NCBI GenBank assembly: GCA_963810935.1
Contig: CAWEPK010000008.1
Span: forward strand, 767,483 to 831,482
Reading direction: 5' to 3'
DNA length: 64,000 nucleotides
Source of the DNA: an uncultured delta proteobacterium
GTDB lineage: Bacteria; Desulfobacterota; Syntrophorhabdia; Syntrophorhabdales; WCHB1-27
Shown here: piece after piece, positions 1 through 10,898 of the stretch
How positions within the stretch are numbered: position 1 is the first letter of the stretch
How the letters are laid out: each line of letters starts with the position of its first letter
Program-made: the position numbers and the translations under genes
The notes under the pieces: generated by a model
The model's database searches: none
What the model was told of the DNA's origin: nothing
Seen by the model: only the letters and a program-made list of their open reading frames with translations

Positions 1-223
1 CAAAGAACGTTTTAAAGCGGATATGGACAGCTACATCGAACGCATCAAAGAAAGCGCAAAAGCGAAGGACATCGAAGAGATCCTCATGCCGGGGGAGCCG
101 GAGATGAGGACCGAGGAGGAAAGGCTAAAGAAGGGCATCCCGGTGGCGGAGGCCACGCTGAGCGAGCTTAAGGCGCTCGGCGCGTCGCTGGGCATCCCGT
201 TCCCGCCGGTCTCATCGCCTTAG
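1..223 (+). CDS. C-terminal fragment of Ldh_2 (type-2 malate/L-lactate dehydrogenase family) oxidoreductase, 5' end outside window
   Basis: Open frame from the window edge; ILMPGEPE...GIPV...L C-terminal pattern typical of the Ldh_2 family. Confidence 0.7.
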   Translation, partial: KERFKADMDSYIERIKESAKAKDIEEILMPGEPEMRTEEERLKKGIPVAEATLSELKALGASLGIPFPPVSSP

Positions 224-298
224 AACGATGCGGCAGGCGGATGACATCGAGCTGTAAAGGGGGAGTTTAGAAACGGTGCGCTATCAACAAAGGAGGGC

Positions 299-769
299 AT
301 GATGATTTCCCTGAAGGTTAACGGTAAGGTTTACCAGGTCGATGTCCCGCCTGACACGCCTCTTCTATGGGTGCTGAGGGACAATCTGAAGCTTATGGGC
401 ACGAAGTACGGCTGCGGCATAGGCGAATGCGGCTCGTGTACCGTCCACGTGGACGGCAAGGCGGTCCGCTCCTGCACTGTTTCGGCCGGCGACATGGGAC
501 GCAAGTCGATCACGACGATCGAGGGCCTCCCGGAAAGCCATCCCGTAAAACGCGCCTGGGTCACGGAGCAGGTCCCGCAGTGCGGTTACTGCCAGCCGGG
601 AGTCATGATGCAGGTAGCGGCCCTCATTGCCGAAACCAAAACACCCGATCCTGAGAAGGTCATTGCAGCAATGGACGACGTTCTCTGCCGCTGCGGGAGT
701 TACCCGGCCATGAAGCGGGGCATTAGGTCGGCCGTCGCGATAGCCAGGAAGGAGGGGCGAAAATCATGA
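299..769 (+). CDS. iorA: (2Fe-2S)-binding small subunit, isoquinoline 1-oxidoreductase alpha / xanthine dehydrogenase family
   Basis: GTKYGCGIGECGSCTV and QCGYCQPG...CRCG motifs; RBS GGAGG upstream. Confidence 0.92.
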   Translation: MMISLKVNGKVYQVDVPPDTPLLWVLRDNLKLMGTKYGCGIGECGSCTVHVDGKAVRSCTVSAGDMGRKSITTIEGLPESHPVKRAWVTEQVPQCGYCQPGVMMQVAALIAETKTPDPEKVIAAMDDVLCRCGSYPAMKRGIRSAVAIARKEGRKS

Positions 770-2959
770 AATCATCCATATCCCGCCGTGATTTCTTGAA
801 AGGGTTTCTGGGCGCCGCCGGATTGACCATCGCTGCCTCCGTGACACCCTTCGGTTATAAGATCCTCAACGCCTCGGACGCAGGAGCGGCGTTCAAGCCG
901 AACGTCTTCTATCAGATAACGCCCGACAACACGGTCAAGGTGTATATACCGAACTCCGAGATGGGCCAGGGTGTCAGGACGGCCTTCGCCATGATCGTCG
1001 CCGAAGAGCTCGACGCGGACTGGGGTCAGGTCAGGGCGGTGCAGGCGCCGAACGCCGACGGGTATAAGAGCCCGATCCTCGGCGCCCAGATAACGGTCGC
1101 GAGCGCCAGCGTAAGGGGTTTCTACGAGCCGCTCCGGAAGGCAGGCGCCGCGGGCCGAATGATGCTGATAAAAGCGGCCGCAGAGACATGGAAGGTGCCG
1201 GAAGACCAGTGCGTAGCCGCACTCGGCAGGGTGAAGAACAAGAAAACGGGGCGCACCCTCACGTACGGCCAACTCTGCGCCAAGGCCTCCGGGCTGGCCG
1301 TCCCGAAGGATGTGGTCTTAAAGAAGGAAGGCGAATTCAGGTATATCGGCAAGCCGATGGCCCGTCTGGACATCCCCGAAAAAGTCAGCGGCAAGGCGGT
1401 CTTCGCCTCCGATATCGTCCTCAAGGACATGCAGTACACCGTCCTCGCGCGGCCGCCGGCCTACGGGGCAAAGCTCGTTTCATTCGAGGGCGCGGCTGCC
1501 GAAAAGGTCAAAGGGGTGCAGAAGATCGTACAGGTCCCGAGGGGCGTGGCCGTCTGCGCGGATTCGGTCGCTGCGGCCCTCAAAGGCCGTGATGCCCTGA
1601 AGGTGACGTGGGACAAGGGGGCCGTGCCCGACATGGACACAGCCTACGTCGAAAAATCCTTGAACGCGGACCTCGAAAAGCCTGGTATCAAGGTGGTCGA
1701 TCAGGGCAACGTCAAGCAGGCCCTGACAGACGCGCCGAAGAAAATGAGCGCGGAATATTATGTCCCCTGCGTCGCCCACATTACGATGGAGCCGATGAGC
1801 TGCGCGGCATACGTGCAGGCGGACAAGTGCGAGCTGTGGGCGCCGACGCAGACCCAGACCGTTTCCATGGTGGTCGCCTCTAAGGTGTCCGGTTTGCCGA
1901 TGAACAAGATCGAGGTCAATACGCCCTTGCTCGGATGCGGTTTCGGAAGGCGGGCACAGCAGGACTATACAGCCGAAGCCGTTTCGGTGTCAAAGGCCGT
2001 CGGTAAACCGGTCCAGGTATTCTGGACGAGGGAGGACGATATCAAGTACGACGGCTTCCGGGGAGCGGCCGCGCACAGGGTGGAGGCGGCCGTAGATACC
2101 CAGGGGAAGCTGGTTGCCTGGTCGCACAAGCTCGCCGCCACTTCTATTTTGCGGGACCTCAACCCGGGCGCGATAAAGAACGGCATCGATTATTACTGCC
2201 TGTGGGGCCTTGCGGACGCCCCCAACTCCCCTACGTGGAACTGCAATTTCCAGTACGAGACGCCGGGCCTGTATATCGAGCTGCTTGCTCTCCTCGCTGC
2301 CCGTGACGTGCCTGCCCTGGAGGTCGGTGCAGAACGGCCCCAACGCCTTCGTCATCGAGTCCTTCATCGACGAGCTTGCCCGCGCGGCCGGCAAAGACCC
2401 GCTGGAGTTCCGCCTGCTCAACCTGAAAAACAACATGCGGGCGAGCCGCGTGCTGAAGGTTGCGGCTGAGAAAGCGGGCTGGGGCAAGCCCCTTTCGAAC
2501 GGCCATGCCCTGGGCATCGCCCAGCACGCCTGCTTCGGGACTTACGTGGCCCAGGTGGCCGATATCTCCGTAGACAAGGCCGGCGGAAAGATAAAGGTGC
2601 ACAAAGTCGTTGCGGCCGTCGATTGCGGCCCTGTGGTCAACCCCGGTCCGCTGGTCGACCAGATACAGGGCGCCATCATAATGTCGCTGAGCGCCGCGCT
2701 CAAGGAAGAGGTGAAGTTTGCAAAAGGCGGCGTCGCCTCGTCGAACTTCGATAACTACCCCATAATGCGTATGAGCGAGGCGCCCGAGATAGACGTGCAT
2801 ATCGTAAAGAGCACGGAGAAGATCGGCGGCATCGGTGAGGTCGGCGTTCCCGCTGCGGCGCCGGCCGTGGCGAACGCGCTGTTCGCGGCCACCGGCGTCC
2901 GCATGAGGCGGCTGCCGATGACTCCCGCGAATGTGCTCAGTGCGTCGAAAAAGGCTTGA
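766..2959 (+). CDS. iorB: Molybdopterin-binding large subunit (IorB-like) with Tat signal; frameshift near 2287
   Basis: SRRDFLK twin-arginine motif, EMGQG, GCGFGRR; the C-terminal WRSV, VDCG and GGIGEVG motifs continue in ORF 2210..2959. Confidence 0.88.
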
Positions 2960-2979
2960 GGAGTAGATACTCTTTTCGA

Positions 2980-3012
2980 CTGGCCCGCCCGATTTCCGGG
3001 CGGGCCGTTTCT
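2980..3012 (+). terminator. Probable intrinsic terminator
   Basis: GGCCCGCCCG-ATTTC-CGGGCGGGCC hairpin followed by GTTTCT. Confidence 0.55.
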
Positions 3013-3038
3013 CTAAAACCGACCGGGGAGGGCGAGAC

Positions 3039-3620
3039 ATGAAGAAGTCGCTTGGTGCAGGTGTATTCGTCGGCGCGACAATAGTGTGGGTCGTGGGAAC
3101 GTACGATAAGGAAGGCAAGCCGAACCTCATGACAGCCGCCTGGGGCGGTGTCTGCTGCTCCGACCCGCCCTGCATCGGCGTCTCGTTAAGGAAGGCTACG
3201 TACAGCTACTCCTCGATAGTCGAGAGGAAGGCGTTCACGGTAAGCATACCGCCTGCGGGTTATGCGAAGGAGACGGACTACGCGGGGATCGCCTCGGGCA
3301 GGGACATAGACAAGTGGCAGGCAACGGGCCTCACGCCGGAACGGAGCAAGCTGGTCGACGCGCCCTACGTTGCGGAATTCCCCCTCGTCATCGAGTGCCG
3401 CCTCGTCCACACTATAGAGCTAGGGCTGCACACGCGCTTCACAGGCGAGATAGCCGACGTAAAGGCGGACCCTTCAGCGCTCGGAGAGGACGGCGCAATC
3501 AACATAGAAAAAGTCGACCCCTTCTTCTACATACCCGGCATCCGCACCTACTATCGGATAGGCCCCTACCTGGGGAAAGCCCACTCGATGGGCGCGGGCC
3601 TGGCGAAGACCCGGAAATAG
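3039..3620 (+). CDS. Flavin reductase family protein (flavoredoxin-like)
   Basis: VGTYDKEGKPNLMTAAWGG, SGRDIDK and PLVIEC motifs. Confidence 0.88.
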   Translation: MKKSLGAGVFVGATIVWVVGTYDKEGKPNLMTAAWGGVCCSDPPCIGVSLRKATYSYSSIVERKAFTVSIPPAGYAKETDYAGIASGRDIDKWQATGLTPERSKLVDAPYVAEFPLVIECRLVHTIELGLHTRFTGEIADVKADPSALGEDGAINIEKVDPFFYIPGIRTYYRIGPYLGKAHSMGAGLAKTRK

Positions 3621-3658
3621 CCTGTTCCCGCCGCAAGGGCCTATCAGACATCTTTCTG

Positions 3659-3687
3659 TTGACATGGACGCGCGCGTGGTATAAACA
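3659..3687 (+). promoter_or_regulatory. Putative sigma70 promoter for the riboswitch leader
   Basis: TTGACA at 3659-3664 and TGgTATAAAC at 3677-3686, just upstream of the riboswitch. Confidence 0.55.
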
Positions 3688-3705
3688 ATATTAACAGTAC
3701 ATCAA

Positions 3706-3888
3706 TGGGCGTAGGATGGCTCATTTGAGCCGAGAAGGGAAGCCGGTGTGATTCCGGCACGGACCCGCCGCTGTGAATGGGGACGAAACCCGGACGTATT
3801 GCCACTGGGCCGTATGCATTAGACGAAACGGCCCGGGAAGGCGCGGGGATTAGGACGATCCATTAGTCAGAAGACCTGCCGCTGCCCA
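3706..3888 (+). ncRNA. Cobalamin (B12) riboswitch
   Basis: Conserved elements in order: AAGGGAAgccGGTG..attCCgg, CCCGCCGCTGTGA, GCCACTGG...CCGGGAAGGC and B12-box AGTCAGAAGACCTGCC; P1 pairing TGGGC..TAGG / CCTG..GCCCA. Confidence 0.93.
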
Positions 3889-3910
3889 CGGTAAAACTTG
3901 GAGAGAAGGT

Positions 3911-3950
3911 AAATCCCCAGGCTGACAATGTCGGTCCGGGGATTTTTTTT
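3911..3950 (+). terminator. Intrinsic terminator, expression platform of the B12 riboswitch
   Basis: AAATCCCC...GGGGATTT stem followed by a T-run, between the aptamer and the first gene. Confidence 0.8.
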
Positions 3951-3978
3951 ATTGCCCCGCCGGCGAAAGGAGTAGGAA

Positions 3979-4275
3979 GTGGCTAACGAGATTTCAATAA
4001 AGATCACGCCCGAGAACTGCCGGGGCTGCCGGCGCTGTCAGCTCGCCTGTTCCTCCTACGACCCGGGCCCGCTCAACCCGCGCCTCGCGGGGATCCAGAT
4101 CCTGAGGCTCGATGACGAAAGCGGGGAATGGCCGGTCGTCAACATGGAGTGCCTGGAGCGGTTCTGCGGAAAGTCGAATGCGCAAATCGGCGCAGAAAGC
4201 AAGCCCGCGTGCGTGGCAGCCTGCCTGTTCGGCGCGCTGGAAATGGAAAAGGAATTACCCAATGAAGAAGAGTAA
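3979..4275 (+). CDS. 4Fe-4S ferredoxin-like subunit of AOR
   Basis: CRGCRRCQLAC and PACVAACLFGAL motifs; overlaps the AOR start; GTG start with RBS AAGGAG. Confidence 0.82.
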   Translation: MANEISIKITPENCRGCRRCQLACSSYDPGPLNPRLAGIQILRLDDESGEWPVVNMECLERFCGKSNAQIGAESKPACVAACLFGALEMEKELPNEEE

Positions 4276-6142
4276 GAAGTGGTACGGATGGAGCGGCACT
4301 ATCCTGGAGGTCGATCTTACCGGCGAATCGGTCCGGAAGGCTGAGCTTTCCGAGGAGCTGGCTTACAATTACCTGGGACAGGCGGGGATCAACGCGCGCA
4401 TATTGCACGACCGCATCCGTCCGGATATGGACCCTCTGGCCCCGGAGGCGCCGCTGATCTTCGGCGTCGGCCCCCTGGGCGGCACGCTCGCCCCATGCTC
4501 CGGAAGGCTTTCCGTAACGTTCAAGTCGCCCCTCACCGGCATATTCGGCGACTCCAACTGCGGGGGCCACTGGGCCTCCGAGCTGAAGATGGCCGGATAC
4601 GACCATATCGTCATCACCGGAAAGGCAAAGCACCCCGTATATCTGTGGATCGACAATGATAAAGTGCAGGTGCGCGACGCGCGGTCCATCTGGGGAATGA
4701 GCACATGGGAGACGGACGAGGCGGTCCGGGACGACGTTGGCGAAAGGACCGCCCAGGTGGCGTGCATAGGACCGGCGGGCGAAAACCTCGTGCGGTTCGC
4801 CGCGATCATATGCAACCGGGCAAGGGCTGCGGCGCGATGCGGTCCGGGTGCTGTCATGGGATCGAAGAACCTCAAAGCGATAGCCGTGCGGGGTGACCGG
4901 GGCATAAACGTGGCCGACAAGCCGGCCCTGCGCGATGCAGTGGACGAAGCAGTAAGCGCCATCCTGGCCGATCCGCTTTATCAGTCGGCCAGCTTGTATG
5001 GGACACTTGCCATCACGCCGCTGGCGCAGGCCCTTGGGTTCCTGCCCACCCGCAACTTTCAGGAATCGACTTTCGAGGGCGCGGACGGGCTGTCTGGAGA
5101 GGTCTTCATAAAACAGTTCGCCACCCGGCACAAGGGGTGTTACAACTGCCCCGTCGCGTGCAGCAGGTTGTACAAAGTCGGCGAAGGGCAGTACGCGACT
5201 GCGGGCGAAGGCCCGGAATACGAGACGGTATCCGCCTTAGGCTCAAAGTGCGGCAACGGCGATTTCGAGTCGATCCTTCATGCCAATACGCTCTGCAACC
5301 AGTTGGGGATGGATACCATCTCGACGGGAAACGTCCTCGCCTGGACAATGGAGTGTTATGAAAAAGACATACTGAGCAAAGAAGACCTCGACGGCCTCGA
5401 CTTGCGCTTCGGCAACGCGGAGGCGATGGTCGAGATGATCAAGAAGATCGCGGCGAGAGACGGCCTGGGCGATGTGCTCGCCGAAGGCGCGTACAGGGCC
5501 GCGCAGCAGCTCGGCGGCGACGCATTCGTGGTGCACGGCAAGGGCATGGACTATCCTGCCGTCGATACGAGGGGGACGAAAGGCATGGCCCTCTCCTTCT
5601 CCGTCTCGCCCAGGGGCGGGGACCATCTGAAAGGTCTCTCCCTCTATGAAGTGGCGCCCGACGTCTACGCAGGGGACATCAGGAAGGAGACGGGCATAAC
5701 CGTCACGCCGCAGTACTGGCTACAATACGAGACCAAGGCGGAATTGATGCGCTGGCATGAAAACTGGCACTGCGTAGTCGATTCACTCGGCCTATGCAAG
5801 CTGGAAGGAATCGCTCTCAAGCCGCTTTTGCCTAGACACTTTCAGCGTCTGCTCTCGGCTGCGACCGGATGGGGCCCATCGGTTGCGGACCTTGAGACGA
5901 TCGGGGAAAGGATCTGGAACCTGGAGCGCCTGTTCAATATAAGGGAAGGTATGGGCAGGCAGGACGACCTGCCGCCCCGCCGCCTGCTGGAAGAGCCCAT
6001 CGCGACGGGGCCTGCAGAGGGGGAGCGGCTTGACCGGGGCCGGTACGAGCGGATGCTCACCGACTATTACCGGCTGCGCGGATGGGACCCGGAGACAGGC
6101 GTGCCGACCGGAGAAAAACAACGCGAGCTGGGATTGGCCTGA
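4262..6142 (+). CDS. aor: Aldehyde:ferredoxin oxidoreductase family protein (W/Mo-pterin)
   Basis: KSPLTG, IGPAGENLV, GAVMGSKNLKAI, CYNCPVAC, GPEYET, GMDTISTG, DSLGLC, YYRLRGWD motifs; start set at MKKSKKW. Confidence 0.93.
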   Translation: MKKSKKWYGWSGTILEVDLTGESVRKAELSEELAYNYLGQAGINARILHDRIRPDMDPLAPEAPLIFGVGPLGGTLAPCSGRLSVTFKSPLTGIFGDSNCGGHWASELKMAGYDHIVITGKAKHPVYLWIDNDKVQVRDARSIWGMSTWETDEAVRDDVGERTAQVACIGPAGENLVRFAAIICNRARAAARCGPGAVMGSKNLKAIAVRGDRGINVADKPALRDAVDEAVSAILADPLYQSASLYGTLAITPLAQALGFLPTRNFQESTFEGADGLSGEVFIKQFATRHKGCYNCPVACSRLYKVGEGQYATAGEGPEYETVSALGSKCGNGDFESILHANTLCNQLGMDTISTGNVLAWTMECYEKDILSKEDLDGLDLRFGNAEAMVEMIKKIAARDGLGDVLAEGAYRAAQQLGGDAFVVHGKGMDYPAVDTRGTKGMALSFSVSPRGGDHLKGLSLYEVAPDVYAGDIRKETGITVTPQYWLQYETKAELMRWHENWHCVVDSLGLCKLEGIALKPLLPRHFQRLLSAATGWGPSVADLETIGERIWNLERLFNIREGMGRQDDLPPRRLLEEPIATGPAEGERLDRGRYERMLTDYYRLRGWDPETGVPTGEKQRELGLA

Positions 6143-6148
6143 AGTGTA

Positions 6149-6604
6149 CTATCCGTACCGCGTCCTGAAGAACTGGTAGAAAAAGGCGACGGTAAGTCCG
6201 AACAGCATGTGGTTAAGGAGCCCGGCAACAAAGGCGGCCGGCCCGAGGAGCTTCGTCATATAAAAGCCCGGAGCGGTGACGACACCCGTTCGCAGACCTG
6301 CGTGGACTAAAGGCAAAGCGCCCATAAAAATGCCCAGGATCAGCCACTGGATCACGCTGAAGAGGAGGCCGAAGCGGTAACCGGGCCATCCGACGCCGGC
6401 CGACCAGAGGGCCGCGTAAATAAACGTAAACCCGACGCCCCAGACGAAGAGAAGAGTAAAGCCGAGGGGTTTGTTTTCTCTCCTCGTGAACATGGTGCTC
6501 AGATAGCGCTCCATGCCCATCAGGTTCATCGTCGTGAGCCGCGTAGTTACGAATAAGACTCCTGTTGCCGCTAGACCCGCTATGAGAGCGCCCGGTATGC
6601 TCAT
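6149..6604 (-). CDS. Hypothetical membrane protein (~4 TM)
   Basis: 151-aa ORF with several hydrophobic helices. Confidence 0.6.
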   Translation of the reverse strand: MSIPGALIAGLAATGVLFVTTRLTTMNLMGMERYLSTMFTRRENKPLGFTLLFVWGVGFTFIYAALWSAGVGWPGYRFGLLFSVIQWLILGIFMGALPLVHAGLRTGVVTAPGFYMTKLLGPAAFVAGLLNHMLFGLTVAFFYQFFRTRYG

Positions 6605-6682
6605 TTATATAGGAAACCTGCGTATGGACTCAAAGGTTTTCAAGGTTGACAAACAGGCCTCCCTGCACGAATATTATTTATA

Positions 6683-7204
6683 ATGCGTAAAATGCGGCGT
6701 TCATTGGTTGTCATCTGGCTGCTTCTACTTGCGCTGCCCGTGCAGGCAGGGGCCGGGCAACCTTATCAGCAGGGAATAGAAGTAGGTATGAGGGGCGAAC
6801 GTTACCCGGCGCCCGGCCAGAAAATAATTGCTGCGTCCGGTTCCCTGACGGGCACAGACGTCGTCGATCCGCAAAGGACTCGACTATGCAGGATCGACAG
6901 CATCGTCCTCGACCTCGCATCCGGTTATATATCCTACGTAGTGGTCCAACCAGGGACGAACGACCGCCTCATCCCCATACCTTTTAGCGCGTTCAGGGCC
7001 ACACCGGGAAAACAGCTCGTCCTCGATATCGACGAAGGCAGGATCTATACGGCGCCGAGCTACCCTAAGGACGCGAAGCCGGACTGGGCCGACCCTGTCT
7101 TCAGCCAAAACGTGGCGGCCTTTTGGGGGACCTTGCCGGCAGGGATTGCAACGGCGCGGACGCAACAGCAGCAGCCACAGTCTCCATCGACAGGGTCTAA
7201 GTGA
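6683..7204 (+). CDS. Secreted PRC-barrel domain protein
   Basis: Signal peptide; ASGSLTGTDVVD..IDSIVLDLASGYISYVVV..IPIPFSAF PRC-barrel pattern. Confidence 0.75.
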   Translation: MRKMRRSLVVIWLLLLALPVQAGAGQPYQQGIEVGMRGERYPAPGQKIIAASGSLTGTDVVDPQRTRLCRIDSIVLDLASGYISYVVVQPGTNDRLIPIPFSAFRATPGKQLVLDIDEGRIYTAPSYPKDAKPDWADPVFSQNVAAFWGTLPAGIATARTQQQQPQSPSTGSK

Positions 7205-7219
7205 TCACCCGTGTTGCCG

Positions 7220-9659
7220 TCACATCTTCAGTGCTTCGGCTTTCAGAGAGACGCGCAGCGCATTTCCCGTCACCGTGATACTGCTCGCGAACATCGCAAA
7301 TACAGCCAGGAGAGGATTGAGAAACCCCGACGCGGCTGCCGGAACGGCAATTGCGTTATAGAAAAAGGCAAACAGCAGGTTCTGCCGCATGGAGCGGGCT
7401 GCGATGACGGAGAGCCTGTAGGCGTCGAGAAATAGAGCGGGGTCGGACGTCGTGAAGCTGAGATCGCACGCCTCGCTCGACAAACCAACAGCGGCACTGA
7501 CGCCACATCCCACGTCTGCTGCCGCGAGGGCGGCTGCATCGTTGATGCCGTCCCCGACCATTGCGACCTTGCGGCCGTCAGCCTGTAAGGCGCGGATGAT
7601 CCCGACCTTATCCGCCGGAAGGGCCTCGCCCTTGAAGCTGCTTATTTCCAGTAAGCAAGCCACGGACCGCGTGGTTTCCATGGAATCGCCTGAGACAAGG
7701 TATACATCCATGCCCCTTGCCCGAAGCGCAGCCACCAGCTCGCGGCTGCGCTGCTTCAGGGTGTCGCCGAGTACGAGGAAGCCCCGCACTGCCCCATCCC
7801 ACGCAAAAAACGCGACGGTCTTTCCTTCCGACTGCCGCAATCCGGCTTCGCGGGCAAACCGGTCGCCTAGCGCCATGGACGAGCATTCCATGAAAGCACG
7901 GCTGCCGATATAAATGTCCAGGCCGCTTGCGCGCCCCTTTACGCCCAAACCGTCGAACGCCTCGAATGCCCCGGCAGGCTCTATTTCTGCACCGATGCGC
8001 CTCGCCTCGCGGACTATCTCGCCTGCTATAAAGTGGTTCGAACGGACTTCGATAGAGGCAAGCCTGGCCAGCAACTCCGGCCGTTCGATCTTCTCGTCAC
8101 AGACTATCGCTTCGAGGGCATACCTGCCTTCCGTGAGCGTCCCCGTTTTGTCGAAGACTACCGTATCGATCTCTTTCATCTTTTCGAGCGCCTCGGCTGT
8201 GCGTATGATAATGCCTTTTTTCCGGGCGGCGCCCATCACTGCCGCCTTGACCAGCGGAACGGCGATGCCGAGGGCACAGGGGCAGGCGATGAGGAGCACG
8301 GCAAGGGACCGCAAAAAAACCTGCTGGGCCGCAATGCCCGTCCACAACGCAAAGAATCCCGTACCTGCGGCAATCGCAATGACGACGGGCACAAAGGCCC
8401 GGCTTGTCCGGTCGGCAAGCAGCTCGTACTTCCCTCTCCGGCCGAGGGCCTCCTCGACAGTCTCCACCATCCTGCCTATGACGCTTTCCCGGCTAGTCCT
8501 TAAAGCCTCAAGAATAACGCCCTCCCCGCCTGCAACGACGCTGCCGCCCGGCGCCTCATCCCCGGTGTTTAAGGCGCGCGCCTTGGATTCACCCGTAAGG
8601 AAGGAGACGTCGAAGAGGCCGCTACCTTTCACGATCCTGCTATCGACGGGCAGGCCGTCGCCCGGTGCAGCGACGAATCTATCGCCCGGCCGTAATGCAT
8701 CAGCCTTTACCCAGTGTTCCCTACCCGCATCGGTTATCCTGACCTTCCCGTCGAGGACGCGGTAAAGCTCCGTAATGCCCGATGTGCTCCGCTGCCGCGC
8801 CCGCATCTCGATATACCGCCCCAAAAGGACGAAAGCTGACGAGCATCGACGACGTATCGAAATAGAGATAGTAAGTCTCCATGCCTACCTGGACCGTACT
8901 GTAAACGTACGATGAGAGTGCGCCGATTGAGACGAGGGTGTCCATGGAAGGAAGGCCGCAAAAAAGGGAAACGGCCCCTCTGCGCAGGATGGGGAGACCT
9001 CCGTAAAAAAGAACGACGGAGGCCATGACCAGCAGAGGATAGGAGAAATAACGGATATCGGCAACATGCAGTTTCAGAAAAAAACCCGAATAAAGGGCAA
9101 AGGAGACCATCATAATATTTGCCGTAAGGATGGCCGAGACGCCGAGCCTCAAAAGCAGCGAACCGGCATCGCGCCCTGCCGCATCATAGCCGTAGCCCGC
9201 CGCCAGGTGATAGCCTAATCTTTCAGCCCTTGCCTCGATGGCCTTTGGCGATATTCTGTGGGGCAGGTATTTTACGCGGAGCGTATCGGTAGCGAACGAG
9301 ACGTCTACGTAAGTGACGCCTTTGCTTCTTGCGAGCACCTCACGGATGAGCCAGGCGCACGATGGGCACCACATACCGGAGACGTGGTAAGTGAGATCGA
9401 GGGGCGCCGGCTCAGTTTGATATTGAGACAGCGCGCCGGCCCCGCCGCCGTTCGATGCGGGTATGATCGCCCACTCCACGCACGCGCGGTAAAGCTCCGT
9501 CTCCCGGAAACCCTCGGGAGGCACGCCATTGGCCGCAGAAAGGATAAGGAAGACCTGCCGGCATCCGTGGCAGCAAAAATGTAACTCCCGGCCGTCCCGG
9601 TGCTCCTCTATTTCGGAAGTTGCCGTCTCCTGACCGCAAAGGTCGCAAGGTTGCGGCAA
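7220..9659 (-). CDS. ccoI: Heavy-metal (Cu) P1B-type ATPase, CcoI/FixI-like; frameshift near 8833
   Basis: N-terminal CDLCG..FCCHGC, HMA GMWCPSC, TGES, CPCALG, DKTGTLT, GDGINDA; split over ORFs 8721..9659 and 7220..8824; last gene of the oxidase operon. Confidence 0.87.
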
Positions 9660-9662
9660 CTG

Positions 9663-10157
9663 CTACCCCCCTTTGAGCGTCCGCAGGAAATCGATCACGG
9701 CCCAGGTATCGGTTGCGTACACGGTCGTATATAACCGGGGGTGCCTCATGTAGCCCAACCTGATTTTCGCGTATAGCTCGCCGTCGCTGTGCAACTGGAC
9801 GTGGCTGGACCGAAGGTCTGCGGGCAGCGGGGAGAAGCTCTGCCCGACCGTACCCAGGCCGTCCGCGCCTGGGCCGTGGCACTGGGCGCAATAATACCCG
9901 TATGCCAGCTTACCCCTGGCGACCGATTCCTTCGTTGACGGCACGGGGTTCCTGAGGGTTGCCGGGTCTGCATTCCTGAGTGCCTGGAACCCGTCGCTGA
10001 CCGGGATCGTCCGCTCGTCCATTACCGGCATCTCTTTCTTGTATGTACGCACCGATTCCTGGTCCCTCATCCGCTGATAGTTACAACCCGTGAGTGCGGC
10101 AAGGCAAGAGAGGGCAACGCAGTACGCAAGGACCTTTTTGACGCGGCTCATTGTCAC
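9663..10157 (-). CDS. actE: Monoheme cytochrome c lipoprotein, ActE-like
   Basis: Lipobox LTGC, MRDQES segment, CAQCH heme motif; ACIII context. Confidence 0.7.
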   Translation of the reverse strand: MTMSRVKKVLAYCVALSCLAALTGCNYQRMRDQESVRTYKKEMPVMDERTIPVSDGFQALRNADPATLRNPVPSTKESVARGKLAYGYYCAQCHGPGADGLGTVGQSFSPLPADLRSSHVQLHSDGELYAKIRLGYMRHPRLYTTVYATDTWAVIDFLRTLKGG

Positions 10158-10603
10158 GGTTGCTGCTCCTTGCTCGGGCCAGGCTCGGGAACGGACGGGA
10201 TTTGATCCGGGCGTAATCCGGTCTTAGCCTCAGGCGGCTTCCGGTTGACATGCTGCGGCTCCGGCTGTTTTGCTTCGCCCCTGTAAGGATAGGTCGAATA
10301 GGCCGATTGCGCGGGCACGTCGGGGATGCTCCCGTAATCCCAGTCTGGGGAGCCTTTGTCCCCTATCACGAAGTAGGCAAAAAACCCGTAAAGCGTAAAC
10401 AGTAATGCGACGGCGCAGACTATCACCCATCCGGTCAGGGCCGTCCGGCCCTCCTTACGGTCTTCTTCGACGCGGGCTTCCTGCTCCGTGGACTTCCGCT
10501 TTCTGCCGAGGAGTGCAAGAAGTGAAAGACCCGTCGCAAGAAGGAGCGTCTTGAAGAGTCCGCCCTGTTTTTCCTTTTCCTGAAGGATCCCGCGCTGCTC
10601 CAT
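10154..10603 (-). CDS. Hypothetical membrane protein in oxidase operon
   Basis: Two hydrophobic segments; overlaps actE start, 15 bp from the upstream gene. Confidence 0.6.
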   Translation of the reverse strand: MEQRGILQEKEKQGGLFKTLLLATGLSLLALLGRKRKSTEQEARVEEDRKEGRTALTGWVIVCAVALLFTLYGFFAYFVIGDKGSPDWDYGSIPDVPAQSAYSTYPYRGEAKQPEPQHVNRKPPEAKTGLRPDQIPSVPEPGPSKEQQP

Positions 10604-10618
10604 TTCAATCCTTTGCCG

Positions 10619-10891
10619 TCAGTAAGGACCGCCTCTGATGCCTACGTAGATCACATAGAAAATCGCCCAGACAACGAACCCGAGACAGATGAAAATGATA
10701 AACGGCGGCATCGGGAGGTCGCCGCCCCGGAGGCCGTCCGGGTACGTAAATTCGCGGCGCGCCTTCTCGCCGGCCCGCGCCTTTGAATAACCGTAGCTCC
10801 TGAAAGCGAGGTATACGAGGATTGCGAGCACGAGGCCGAGGAAAACCGCGAGCAGCCACTGCTGGTAATCCTGTAGAAAAAAGAGCCTCAT
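10619..10891 (-). CDS. Small 2-TM protein (possible CcoQ/CcoP N-terminus-like accessory subunit)
   Basis: 90 aa, two TM helices, EFTYPDGL..PMPPF linker; operon context. Confidence 0.55.
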   Translation of the reverse strand: MRLFFLQDYQQWLLAVFLGLVLAILVYLAFRSYGYSKARAGEKARREFTYPDGLRGGDLPMPPFIIFICLGFVVWAIFYVIYVGIRGGPY

Positions 10892-10898
10892 CTTTTGC

